This document shows positions 1 through 13,699 of a stretch of 64,000 nucleotides of DNA, piece after piece. Each line of letters starts with the position of its first letter. The stretch's first letter is position 1. The notes beneath the pieces were generated by a model. It ran no database searches. It was given only the letters and a program-made list of their open reading frames with translations, and was not told where the DNA came from. Origin of the DNA: Octopus sinensis (Eukaryota); the NCBI RefSeq assembly GCF_006345805.1, contig NC_043002.1, positions 42,036,001-42,100,000 of the forward strand, written 5' to 3'. Position numbers and translations under genes: made by a program.

Positions 1-595
1 CCATCCAGTGTCAAGTTGATCACAGAACTTGAGGCGACCCAACGAAGCTACACAAAGAAGATAGCCTCTATGCAGAATGTAAGCTACTGGGAAAGACCAA
101 GAGATTAAAATTATATTCCCTGGAGCGTAGGCGGGAAAGATATGCCATAATATACATCTGGAAGATCCTGGAGGGAAGTGTCCTGAACTTTGGCATCGAG
201 AGTTACGCAAATGCCAGAACTGGGCGCCACTGCGTGGTGCCTAGGACTCCAAACCTGCCATCAAGATGTAGGACAAGATTCTGTGATAGCCTGGGCTTCC
301 GAGGCCCACAGCTCTTCAATATCCTCCCGAAGAACCTGAGAAGACCTGCATGGGGTGGATACAGATGTCTTAAAATGAAGCTGGATCTCTTCCTGTCAGG
401 TGTCCCAGATGAACCAACTTCACGGCAGGAGGGCAGATGAGGGCAGCTGCATCGAACTCTCTCATGCACCAAATAGCAGTTGCTAGAAAGCCTCCATGAA
501 GTGAAACCAAGTAGCAACACCAAATGGCGGTGCCCCAGCATGGCCACAGCTCATAAGCTGAAACTAAAATCAATCAATCAATCAATCAATCAATA
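1..595 (+). mobile_element. CR1-group LINE, 3' end of ORF2 plus 3'UTR and (ATCA)n tail, frameshifted
   Basis: Translates to LEATQRSYTKKI...SYWER / KLYSLERRRERYAIIYIWKIL / GFRGPQLFNILPKNLR...KMKLDLFLSGVPDEP, typical of CR1-type ORF2 C-termini. Stop at 438-440 and (ATCA)n tail at about 568-594. Runs off the window start. Confidence 0.85.
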
Positions 596-896
596 TTAAT
601 AATAATAACAATATGTCCCGATCTTACGAATTTTAAAAGGAGTACATCCGGGTCATTCAAATTTTACTGTATGTCGTCTAGATTTTTCATGTTTTAAAAT
701 AATATGTGGAAACATGTCATGTATCATGTGTCTCATGTCAAGATATTCCACGTTTTAATATATTTAATCCAGATTAGTCACGTTTTAATGCAGTATATAC
801 CTAGGCTTTTTTTTTCTTTTAAGGTTTCAGTGTATTATACTTAAAATCTAATTTAAACTGAACGCATCAGCATGACTCCAGAATTCAAGTCAACAG

Positions 897-1133
897 AAAC
901 ACAACACATACACAAACACACACACACGCGCACACACACACACATGCACACACACACACACACATACACACACACACATACATAAACACATGCACGCAAA
1001 CAAACAGCAGTAACAACAACAAAAATAAGTAAAGAAATCAAAGCAAAAACAAAACCAGTATCTTATTGCAAGCAGCGGTTAAAAGCGAAATGATATTTAA
1101 TATCGGCGAGATATGAATGATATAAAGTTAATG

Positions 1134-1183
<50 letters not shown>

Positions 1184-1255
1184 ACGTATGTATGTATATA
1201 TATATAATACATATATCTATATATATATATATATATATATACATCTATATATAAC

Positions 1256-1290
<35 letters not shown>

Positions 1291-1457
1291 ATATATATAT
1301 ATATAGATATATATATATATATATACTACAGACATATATATATGTACATATATGTGTCTCATACGTGCAGCATTATATATCGATATATATATATATACAG
1401 ATACGCAAACACACACGTATATATATATGTGATATATATATATGTATATATTATATA

Positions 1458-1494
<37 letters not shown>

Positions 1495-1592
1495 TATATA
1501 TATATATATATATAGATATATATATATATATATATATATATCTATATATATATATATATATATATACATATATACATATACATATCCATAGC
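897..1592. repeat. Compound (AC)n then interrupted (TA)n microsatellites
   Basis: AC tract at about 897-1000 and TA tract at about 1110-1592. Source of the poly-YI ORFs. Confidence 0.95.
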
Positions 1593-2129
1593 TAGACGTC
1601 TGAGAACATATTCCCCGGAAACAATATTTCAAAAGTATAACATAATAAAAGAAAAAGCCATACAAGCAAGCAAAAAAATAAACAAATGAATAATTAAATA
1701 AACAAACAAACAAACAAATAAATAAATAAATGAATAAATAAATAAATAAATAAACAGAAATGAGTGGTTGCATTTCCTCTCTTCTTGCGGAATTAATAAC
1801 GACATTTGGAAGGAAATGTCTGAAGGCTTATGACATCTCATGAAAGTGGAGAACAATAAGATGAACTGAATAAATGTGACAGCCTGCTTACTCACGTGAC
1901 TCTATGTACATATATGATTAAAAGCTGAACGTGACACTGGCTATTTATCTGTCATTGATACCGTGGTGTTCTTGTGATCTACATGCCAGTGCTAGTTTAA
2001 AAAAAAAAAAAGAAAAAGAAAAAAAATACAAAAACAACACAAAATGCAAGCAAAAAAAAAAACAACAACGCATGTATAAGGTACAACATGATCACTGTGC
2101 CCTATAGATGCATAGATACACAAACACAC

Positions 2130-2331
2130 ACATACAAACATACGGATGCATACATATATACCTATATATCATGCTACACTACATATATATGTGTGTGTGT
2201 GTATTATATATATATATATATATTATATATAATATATAATATATATATATATATATATTATCATGCACATATATATTGTATGTTACATATATAATATGTA
2301 ATATATGTAATATATGTTATATTATATATAT

Positions 2332-2366
<35 letters not shown>

Positions 2367-3044
2367 GCATAACATTATTATTATGAATCATTCAGTCTTT
2401 CTTCCTTTCTAACACAGGATATGCATATACATCGGCGTATATGTGTGTGTGTATATGCATATATGTATATTTTATTACACATTATATTTTGTATACATCT
2501 ATATGTATATATTAGTATATACATTTATGCACTTAAATATGGCGAATAAAGACACACACACATACATACATACATACATACATACATACATGCATACATG
2601 CATACATACATACATACATACATACATACATACATACATACATACATACATAAAAATACACACATACATAAAAATACATGCATAAACAGGCACACACATG
2701 CGCACGCACCCATTCATATGTACATAAATAGACAGACGGACAGACAGATAGATAGGCAGATAGAGAGAGAGAGAGAGAGAGAGAAAGAGAAAGAAAGAGA
2801 GAGAGAAAGACAGGTAGATAAATAGATATGTATATGCAATTTCATATACATACGCACACATATATGCTCACGCACGCATATATACACAGGTACACACATA
2901 CATAGACACACATACGTATCTTACGTGTCCACATATTTCTGTGTCTGATCGTGTATATATATATATAAATATACATAATTATATATACATATACAAACGT
3001 GTTTTTGCGTGTGCGTTTGCATGTGTGTGTGTGTGTGCGTGTGC

Positions 3045-3127
<83 letters not shown>

Positions 3128-3385
3128 TGTGTGTTTGTGTGTGTGTGTGTGTTTGTGTGTTTGTGTGTGTGTGTGTGTGTTTGTGTGTGTGTGTGGTGTG
3201 TGTGTGTGTATGTGTGTGTGTATGTGTGTGTGTGTGTGTGTGTACATACACATTAATCTTTGAGTGGGTGTTTGTGGAAACCGCTTTATAATCAGAGAAA
3301 TGAAATTTCGCTCAGAGACACGTTTAAAACACAAACATATGTACACACGTACTCACACGTGCATACTCCCACATACGTAGAGAGG

Positions 3386-3452
<67 letters not shown>

Positions 3453-3460
3453 TGAGACAG
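2130..3460. repeat. Microsatellite cluster (TA)n, (TACA)n, (AG)n, (TG)n
   Basis: Direct inspection: (TACA)n 2560-2660, (TG)n 2995-3250, (AG)n 3380-3455. Confidence 0.95.
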
Positions 3461-3774
3461 GACCGAGAGAGAAGTGGTGAGAGTTTCAAATATTTTCAGA
3501 ACAGTAAATTTACAGCAGAATACATTACCATGTGCTGTAACCGTGTGTGGACCTTCTATTACACCTATATCACTGTGGTGATGATGGTGATGGTAGTGTG
3601 TGTATGTTTACGTGTGTGGTGGTGGGGGGGGGGAGTATTGGGGGGGGGGCGCCGGTGGCTGTAGCACTGGTGATATTGATGGTGCCAGTGGTACTTCCGT
3701 TGCTGTTTGGTGGATGTGTTGGTGACTCTATTTTCATTGATCAAAATATAACATTCAAAGCAGGTGTTTCTGCA

Positions 3775-3938
3775 CATCGCAGGCGTCATCATCATCATCA
3801 CGATCATCATGATTATCGTTGTCATCGTCGTCATTATCATCACCACCACCACCACGACCTGCACCACCACCACCACCACCACCACCACCACCACCATGGC
3901 CGCAGTCAAATGACTGAAACAAGTAACAGAATAAAAGA

Positions 3939-4037
<99 letters not shown>

Positions 4038-4254
4038 TTCTTTTTTGTTCCTTTTCCCTTTTTTCTTTTTTCTCTTTTTTTTTTCTTTTTTTTTTGTTCT
4101 TCTTTCCCTTTTACGATCCCTTTTGATCGAAAACCTACGCCACCTTTTTTTTTTTCTCCCCCAAAAGAAAAACTCTACCTTGTAACTTGTCCCATCTGTG
4201 TGCAGCCCTGTGTGGCCAATAAAGAAACTTATCTATCTATCTATCTATCTATCT

Positions 4255-4318
<64 letters not shown>

Positions 4319-4520
4319 CTATCTATAATATATATATATATATCTATATATATATATAATATATATATATATTATATATTTATCTATCCATCTATCTATC
4401 CGAGAGATCTATTTATACACATCCATATATATGTATGCATATACATGTGTATGTGTATATATACATATATATATATGTGTGTGTGTGAGTGTAAATATAT
4501 ATGTATATATATATATGTGC

Positions 4521-4558
<38 letters not shown>

Positions 4559-4560
4559 TA
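3775..4560. repeat. (CAT/CAC)n, SINE-A 3' stub (3895-3940), (TATC)n, (TA)n and (TG)n tracts
   Basis: catggccgcagtcaaatgactgaaacaag matches the SINE-A 3' end. (TATC)n at 3940-4035 and 4230-4325. Confidence 0.85.
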
Positions 4561-5023
4561 TATATCTGGTATGTATTGCTAGATGTACGATTACTATTTT
4601 GGGGTTCAGAGTTCTATCTAAATTTACTTTATCCAGTCTGCTTACAGTATAGTGATTTGGTTATTATGATACTTAAATTACTAATAACTATAATATGCAG
4701 AAGAACTGTAGGAGAAATTACGAGAAGCAAAAGTTTATATAATTTGTTCCTTACGTACGTTTCACTATTCTGGTTGTCTAGAACCGCTGCCTTAGATATT
4801 TCAAGTGCAGTTAGATGCTTGATTACAACAGATCATCACGAAGTTAGCCGGCCTTATGGTAAAATCTCTACACAACCATGTACTGGTTGCATACCCATGA
4901 CGCCTTGCATATTCCATCTGCTAATTATGGACATTAAGTTTATTACGTACTTCCGAGCTTCCAGAAACAGCTATCGAGCAAAAAATCTTTGCATTCTTTC
5001 CTTAGTATTCTGTAAATATATAT

Positions 5024-5059
<36 letters not shown>

Positions 5060-5121
5060 CTTAGTATATATGTAGGTGCATCTATATGTGTATATGTATA
5101 TATTATTTTAATTTTATTATT

Positions 5122-5168
5122 TTATCTAGTTTCAGCTCACGAGCTGTGGCCATGCTGGGGCACCGCCA
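5122..5168 (-). mobile_element. 3'-terminal stub of the CR1-group LINE seen at 1-595
   Basis: Reverse complement ggcggtgccccagcatggccacagctcgtgagctgaaacta is nearly identical to 526-566. Confidence 0.75.
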
Positions 5169-5242
5169 TATATCAAATTTTAATCATATTTATCTGAATC
5201 ATTATCTCTCACTCTCTCTTTTTGTGTCTCTGTGAATATACG

Positions 5243-5279
<37 letters not shown>

Positions 5280-6466
5280 ACACACACGTACATAAACAAA
5301 CGCACAAACACACACGTACATAAACAAACGCACATATCTATCTATCTCTGTGTGTGTGTGTGTACGTACGTAAACGCTTAAGTATATCCAAACAGAAAAT
5401 TTAACACTATTTTTGTTAGGCCTTTCTCCAATAATCGTTTTTTTAATTTTTTACAGCTGTATATCTATATTTTTAATTCTTTTAACCTTTTTTTTTTCAA
5501 TTAACTCCATCATTTTCCTTTTAATACGTCGTTCCTACAACACCCCTTGTATAGAAGCCTACTGCCTTACCCTCTGTACCATTAGTATAGGTTTTTTTAA
5601 TTTTAAAGATAGAGTGATTTTTAAGTATTTTTGTTAGTTATTGATTTGCTGATTTAATGTTTTTATTTTTACTTTTTTGTCGCTACTCCTGAATATGTAT
5701 ATATAATGGGTTTATAAATTCTTCTCTTCGCATTTCTCTGAAGAGCATTTTTAGAGAGAGAGAGAGAGTGTGTATGTTTGTGTGTGTATATGTGTGTATA
5801 CATGCATGCATACTATGCATAAATATATACATACGGACATCGTGTACATATATAAGCTTACACACGCATATATACACATATATGCATGCACGTCCGATTG
5901 GTTATGTCACCATACCCTCAAAAGTAGACCATTATGCAAACACACAAGATTACTTCGAATATAAAACACCACACGCACAAAATTGCATGTGTGTGTATGT
6001 ATGAATTGTGTGCGTGCGCGTATCTTTGCACATACGTATATATATGTGTATATGTGTATGTAGGTTAATTTGGAAAGTAAGTATATGTGAATATGAATTT
6101 CCCATGCGATTTGTATAGCATGCGAATCTGCGCGAATGAATGCATTCAGATATATTTAAATGGTATTGCAAAATTCAAACAGAGAGGGGGAGAAAGAGAG
6201 AGAGGGGGTGACAGAGAGAGGGGTGACAGAGAGAGAGAGAGAGAGAAAGGGGAGGGAGAGAGTGTAAAAGAAAAAAGAACGAAGAAAGAGTTTTGAAAGA
6301 GAACAATAAAGAATGAGAGAAAGGCGAGAATAAAAAGAAAACAGAATTTCGAATTTTGAATTTTTTTCGTTTATTTCTTACTATTGCATGCACCTACGCT
6401 TACGCACACACACCCAAACACTCCCACACCCCTACACGCGCACGTACGCACACACACACAATATAT

Positions 6467-6499
<33 letters not shown>

Positions 6500-6765
6500 G
6501 CTCACCTGCATTCATAAACTCACACACATATTTATTGTAAATCTTGAATAAAATTCAAGAAGTCCATAAAAGACTCAGTTACAATGTAAATGTACATTTA
6601 TATTCTTTTATTTAAAATGTATGACCTAATAGGAACATAACTGTTTGAATGCATATTACAACTGATTTGAGATCGGCTGAGAAATAAAATTTGGAAATTC
6701 ACATATTCGTTCCTCGGTCAAAGTAAAGAAAAAAAAATGACACAGGAGATAGAGAAAGCGTGTGT

Positions 6766-6869
<104 letters not shown>

Positions 6870-7504
6870 GAAAACCAAACGAGTATCTGTAGAAAGAAAG
6901 TCTCCGAATAGGTGAATAACTTATAACTAAAAACTAAAATATCTTCTAGAAAGTACTGAAATATTGGTCAGCGTAGGCATATCTGAAAATACGATGATAA
7001 TTAGTTCCAAGAGATGCAACTTAAGTTGAAAAACGACGACATTATTAGCTTATATCTGTTTCAAGAATATGCTTTGCACATATTTTCACATGTATTTCAT
7101 TTGATTTTTCCCTTCAGTATTGGTTTTTAGATGCTTTTAAAATCATTTTTGTGAATTTAAGTATTTTCGCCGAGACTAACATTTATTCGGATAAATCGAT
7201 TGCTGTTAAGGTTTATTCTTTGCATTTAATTTCTTAAGAAAACGACGTGATGTTGAAAGAGACGTAAGTTGAGGCATGCTTGTGTCTTGAAAATAAATAA
7301 ATAAATAAATAAATAAATAAATCAGAGAAGAGAATAATTGATTGTCTGCTACTGACAGAACAAAAAGAATAATGCAAAAGTTAACGGTTAAAAAAAACAT
7401 GAGAAAAAATTTCAAAATTTCAAGAAAAATACAAAGACGTATTGAAAATATTTTTTGTAATGCAAGCAAAAAAAGAAAGTCATCATATTTATTTATAAAA
7501 ACTA

Positions 7505-7731
7505 TCTTTTATCCTTTACTTGTTTCAGTCATTGGATTGCAACCATACAGGAGCACCACCTTCAAGGGTTTTAGTCGAATAAAATCAACCACAGTACTTA
7601 TGTTTCTTCTTTTACGTCTGATACTTATTGTATCGCATTATCTTTTACCGAACTGCTAAGTCAAGCAGACGTAAACAAACCAACATGAGTTGTCAAATGG
7701 TGGTGGGAACAAACAAAAAAAAAACACTAAG

Positions 7732-7763
<32 letters not shown>

Positions 7764-7770
7764 ATATGAT
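7505..7770 (-). mobile_element. SINE-A, old 3' half
   Basis: Diverged match to the 3' half of full copies at 32333-32746 and 58772-59177. Confidence 0.7.
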
Positions 7771-7782
7771 GTAAATATTGGC

Positions 7783-7988
7783 TTCAAATTTTGGCACAAG
7801 GCCAGCAATTTCGTGAGAGTGGGCAAGTCGATTACATCAATCCTAGTGATCAACTGGTACTTATTTTTATCGACTCCGAAAAGATGAGAGGTAAAGTCGA
7901 CCTCGGCAGAATATGAGCTCAGAACGTAACGGCGGACGAAATGCTGCAAAGCATTTTGCCCGGCATGCTTACGATTCTGCCAGCTCAC
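7783..7988 (-). mobile_element. SINE-B (tRNA-derived)
   Basis: Reverse strand gtgagctggcagaatcgt... with A/B-box-like head and gtcgacttt...tttcggagtcgataaa body. Confidence 0.85.
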
Positions 7989-8031
7989 AACCGTAATATA
8001 TATATGTATGTATGTAAATATTAAAAATAAA

Positions 8032-8424
8032 GGATCTTTTCGGTTTGACCGGCAGATTTTTAAAATAATTTCTTTGTAACTAAACACTTTTAAACTTCGT
8101 ATACTGGTAGAATGTGTTTATAAAACATCTTTTTCTCTTGGCTTTCTTGAGAAAATTTTGTAGTTTGTAAGATACTTGGTCTTTAAATTGCTGTTGACAG
8201 ACTTCGGCAGATATTGTTTTCACCTCAATAGACGTCATTGATTGGTTGAAATTGCCGAAAATTAAGAAATTAAAGACCAAATATCTTACAAACTACAGAA
8301 TTTTCTCAAGAAAGCCAAGAGAAAAAGATGTTTTATAAACACATTCTACCAGTATACGAAGTTTAAAAGTGTTTAGTTACAAAGAAATTATTTTAAAAAT
8401 CTGCCGGTCAAACTGAAAAGATCC
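8032..8424. mobile_element. MITE with about 155-bp terminal inverted repeats
   Basis: ggatcttttcggtttgaccggcag...(8032-8186) is the reverse complement of 8270-8424 with few mismatches. Flanks AAAATAAA / AAAATATA. Confidence 0.9.
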
Positions 8425-10254
8425 AAAATATAAAATAAACAATGTATCATTCTATCAAATTGAGAGAGAAAAAATTAAATTTAATACTCCAGTTATCAGT
8501 ACAAAAGAGGTATGAGAACATAGAATGAGACACTTATGACCATAAAATAAGCAAAGCAAATGCTCATAAAAAACCGTACAAAGATCCCGAGAGTACATCG
8601 TAGACGGGTATTTATGTCAATTTCAGAGGAAATATATCAATATGTTACAGTAAGTCAAACAATATATAGAACAAATGAAACAGATATTTAGGTAGATTAA
8701 CAGACCCCTCAACTTGTAAGCAACTACTTCAACGTAACACCAAAAAAAAAAAAGTAATTTAATTCGATGTAAAAATTAAAAGTTAAACTGGGCACATAAA
8801 GTTAATATTAGTAAGGCACTTAAGCTGTTATGAGCTTGTAAAATCTATACATTTCCTATAAAGGAAAAAAAAATCTACGGGATCAAAAGCAAATAATATA
8901 ATTAATAATTTGCAAGCATACTGACGACAAAAAAATCACTATATAATTCTAGGTCAAATAGTCAGAAATAGAAACGCATGTAAGTGTACAACATTTACAG
9001 TAAGATAGGATCAAGATAAGAAATATAGCATAAATATACTAAGCAGTGTACATGCATGTATCGAGGTACACCCATATATACAGTTACTGAGAATTTGGTG
9101 AAATATACAAGAAGGGGGCAATGAACAGAAACCAGAAAAAATAAATGTAGTTAAATCAGGACAATTCAGAGTGTAGGTAGAGAAAAGTGCACTAACCTGT
9201 GGGTACATTTTGTAAGTTGTTCAAGAGTTGAATCGGCTATGGTAATTTCATGTTATGTATGGAAGAGAAAAATATTCATTATAGAAAATCAGCACAGAAA
9301 ATCAAAAGGCAATTTATTGCACTTCATAATTTAGAATAGTCATTAAAATCTTATAATTGCACAAGGTTTCTCTGATGAGTTTTAATTTAGTAAAGGCTCT
9401 TTGGCAAAACTATTTCAAGCCCTTCAGTTATACAAAAGTCACATAATCTCTTCTCTTCTGTGTGGTTTAGCTTTTTGGATATATTGGCGCGTTCCTATCC
9501 TTCGATATTTGTATACACTCCGAAAGTGTGGTATAGTTTTTTTCGCAGTTTCTGAAGGAATAGATATGAGAATAGTTACTAATTTCAAAGTTGTTAGTAG
9601 TAAGTCTAATACAAACTCCTTGTCGCTATTCTACTGCCTGTTAGCAAATTGTCAAATAGAAACAGAAGTAATGACTTCCAACTCATCATGACTCCTATCT
9701 CTAAGAATAGAATTGATATCCCTTCACTACTACTACACTTCTCCTTTTCATGTTTCTCTTCCGACTCAATGCTAAAGGCCTTTATAAATGTATATGTGTG
9801 TATGTATATACGATAGACAATCGTCTGATTAAAATTCACCATCTTCTCAACTATTCGGCCAGTCTTATGCTGTCATCTATCTACATTCACGCTGAGTAAT
9901 CCCTCTTTATCATCCAGTTCTTTCCTGCCTGGAGGACAGGCCGTACACACTTAGGAAACACAAGAGTAACAGGCTACTTGATCATCTCAAATATTATCGA
10001 GTATATTTCTCCTGTTCGCTAATACTCACACACAAATGCACACACACACACACGTGCACACAGTCGCATGCACGCGTGCGTGTACACACATACGCATTAC
10101 TGATCGCTTCACTGTGTCAGCGGTCACGATACTGGCAAGTAAATGAATTAAGCTTATCACAGAGGATTGACACGCCCAACCGTCCATAGTTGATTGTTAA
10201 AGAAAGAGCGTAGGAATAAATACAATAGTAGATAAAGAAATAAATCTCTAAACT

Positions 10255-10790
10255 GAAGAAAGAAGACGAAGAAAGCAAGAAAGTCAACGATAGGGAGGAG
10301 GTAGAAAATGGAAGAAGACGAAGAGAAGAAGAAGAAGAAGAAGAAGAAGGCAAAAGAAGAAGAAGAAGAAAAAGAGAAGAAGAAGAAAAGAAGAAGAAGA
10401 AAAGAAGAAGCGAGAAGAAGAAGAAGAAGAGAAAAAGAAAGAGAAAAAGAAGAAGAAGAAGAAGAGGAGAAAAGAAATAAGAAAAGAAAGAAAGGGAAAG
10501 GGAGAAGGAAAGAAAGAAAGAAGAAAAAGAAGAAAAAGAAGAAGAAAAGAAGAAGAAGAAGAAGAAGAAGAAAAAGAAGAAAAAGAAGAAGAAGAAAAAG
10601 AAGAAGGAAGAGAAAGAAGAAGAAGAAAGAAGAGAAAAAGAAGAAGAAGAGGACGAACAAGAAGAGAAGAAAGAAAAAAGAAGAAGAAGAAATAAAGAAA
10701 AAGAAGAAGAAGAAGAAAAAGAAGAAGAAAAGGGAAGACAGAAGGAACGAGAATAATTAGAAAAAAGGAGATGAGAAAAAGTCAGAAAGA
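10255..10790. repeat. (GAA)n-based polypurine tract
   Basis: About 500 bp almost entirely A/G on the + strand. Confidence 0.95.
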
Positions 10791-11514
10791 GTAATAGAAA
10801 GGTTCTATAAGGTATCACCAGATTCATCGCATTATACATTTATACATACATACATATACGTATGTGTGTGTGTATTTGTTCGTTTGTGTATGTGCGTGTG
10901 TTTATATAAAACCAACAATCTCAACAATATATACAGATAAAATAATAAATAAAAACATCTTTAAGATATTCGTTTATATAAGAACAGTAAGACGTAAGTT
11001 TTAGCCGAATCCAGGACAGCTGCAGTTTAATATTTATTTAATTGTCTGATAGATGAGTAGAAAAGATGATGGATCTGCAGAAGCAGAATGGTGGATTGAG
11101 CAAAAATGATGGATAGCCGAAAGATGTTGCATTGGCAGAAGTAGTTTGGTGGAAAAATAGAAACAATGGAGTGTCGAAGAAAATGGCTTGCGGTATTGAG
11201 TTTCGTCGCTTAACATTCCAAGTTGAAATCTTGCCGAATTGACTTGATCTTCTAGGTGTCGATAAAATTATGTGAAATTAGTAAAGATCAGTGGTCTATT
11301 AAATTGGCTAAATTGTCGTTTTTAGACTCTGCGATGACAGGCATTTCATTTAGCGGATAGTCTTTGTTATCATCTTAAATGCTTTGAAATCTCGCTAAGC
11401 TTTGGTAGCCAGAAAAACAGTACACAACTCCAAACGTCATCGGTGTTATCACAAGGGACTATATTAGAAATTAACGTTTAGAATGCGCACACTCGCACGC
11501 TCACATACATGCAC

Positions 11515-11947
11515 AAACTTTGGTTGGAGGCTAGCAATTTCGGGGTGGGTTGAGGGGAGGGCAAGTCGATTATATACACCCCAGTACATAACTGGTACTT
11601 ATTTTATCGCCCTCAGAAGGATGAAAGACAAAGTTGACCTCGAACTCAGAACGTAAAGACGGACGAAATACCTATTTCTTTACTACCCACAACGGGCTAA
11701 AAAACAAGGTCAGACAAACGGATTAAGTCGATTATATCGACCCCAGTGTTTCACTGGTACTTAATTTATCGATCCCGAAAGGATGAAAGGCAAAGTCGAC
11801 CTCGGCGGAATTTGAACTCAGAACGTAACGGCAGACGAAATACGGCTAAGCATTTCGCCCGGCGTGCTATCGATTCTGCCAGCTCGCCGGACGAAATACC
11901 TCTATGCATTTTGCTTGGCGTGCTTAAGATTCTGCCAGCTCACCCCC
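11515..11947 (-). mobile_element. SINE-B nested inside another SINE-B
   Basis: Inner copy 11673-11888 is flanked by identical 12-mers ggacgaaatacc (11661-11672 and 11889-11900). The host head and tail lie outside them. Confidence 0.85.
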
Positions 11948-12094
11948 TTATACATGCACAATATTAAATAACAATTTGCAATATTTGTCAGGATGAGCTA
12001 TGTTTCAAACGTGACAGACTGTGTTTACAGATTACAGCGCAATTAGTTTTTAATTCCTTCCTCAACTCCCAGACATCACAGTTACTCAGTTTCA

Positions 12095-12215
12095 TTCTAG
12101 TATAGTGGAACAACGGGAAATTAAATTCATTGCTCAAGGCCACAATCCGCTGTCTGATCCAAGAATCGTAGCCATGACCTAACTATCATGAACCCAACAT
12201 CTTAAGCAATAGGTT
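12095..12215 (-). mobile_element. Decayed CORE-type SINE head
   Basis: ttgctcaaggccacaa...ccaagaatcg...ccatgacct resembles the reverse complement of the SINE-C/D head. Confidence 0.45.
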
Positions 12216-12453
12216 ATAAGTATTCGCACTTATCATTGTGTTGAAGCGACACGAGCTTTGAATACATTAAATTACAACACTTACAAACTCTATCTAGGTT
12301 TTGAAGATTAACATGATTTTAATTAAAGGCTGCAATTATATTCTTATAGAGAATAAATGAATTTCTATGTATATAAATTAAATCTAAACAAGAATATATT
12401 CCCACCATTAATCGGAAGCGATTTCTGTTTTATGTATGCGTGTATGTGTGTCT

Positions 12454-12454
<1 letters not shown>

Positions 12455-12495
<41 letters not shown>

Positions 12496-12537
12496 GAGTG
12501 TAATCTCATATACACACAAATATACATACTTGTGTGC

Positions 12538-12575
<38 letters not shown>

Positions 12576-12617
12576 TAGGTAGGTAGATAGATAGATATGA
12601 TATATATATGTGCGTAT

Positions 12618-12697
<80 letters not shown>

Positions 12698-12775
12698 TTA
12701 TATGTGTGTGTATATATAATCTATCAATATTTATTATATGAATACATGCGCAAGCACACACACACACAATCATGC
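12455..12775. repeat. (TG)n/(TA)n compound microsatellite
   Basis: Direct inspection. Confidence 0.95.
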
Positions 12776-13699
12776 ATACGTACCTTATAAAAAGCTGCGG
12801 GACGCCTGATTATGTCTCTGAAATTCCTAATTTACAGTGTCGTGGACGAAGTACACGCGTAATATTTTAATTCGTAGCTCTAAGCCAGATTTATTCCTCC
12901 TTTTACAAACTAGTAGATTAATTCAACCAGCAGGATATTAGAATCTTTGAGTTTGCCAGCTTACTAATGAATCAATTTCCACACTATTTTCATAATCACA
13001 AAGTGCAAGAGGTAAGCTCCCATTGAGACTGTTTCCCGATTAGGTTTCGATTTCTTATTGGAAGCCAAAATCATTTCGCTTACATCACCAATACTTTAGG
13101 GGAATTGTATGAATTTCATGTAATCTCATTCCCACTTTCTCTGAGTCGTGTTTTATTAATTGATTCGCTTTAGTTTTATGGTGTAAATTTTAATGGGAAA
13201 TGTGATAGTCCACCAGCCTGGGTATTGAGTGTCTATATCAGAGTCTAATCTATTTCAAACATCCAAAGTAGGAATTCGGTCTGAAATTCACTCGATATTT
13301 TTGTGTTCAGGTTCATACTGTAATAACCTATGAGTCAAGATTATTTTGTGTTTCTTTTTCTATCACAAGGAGGCTGGACAGGTGCTAACATATTTGGCAA
13401 ACCAAATGATCGACTAAGTCAGTAAAATCTGGGCACGCCGCACAAATTCTGAGTAACTTAAAATTACAGCAATGATTAGATGGCAATAACTGTAAGAAGA
13501 TAACTAAAGAGATTACTAGAAATTATGATGCCAACGTGTGCCAGCAAATACGGCGAAAAATATGATAGTGGTATCTCTCGTTACTTATTAATTTGTTTTG
13601 AGTGAGCTGTTTTCCTTGAGCTTCTTACAGCGGGTTATTAGTTATTTCTGTTTAATAATTTCATGTATCAGTAATTATAGTTATCATTGTTCTTTTATA

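Noticed and set aside
1063-1773. 236-aa and many similar YI/CV/HT/ER-repeat ORFs across the window
   Set aside because: They are translations of (TA)n, (TG)n, (AG)n and (TACA)n tracts that lack stops in some frames.
10117-10839. K/R/E-rich and F/S/L-rich ORFs of 150-240 aa
   Set aside because: Produced by the (GAA)n tract. No splice or start context.
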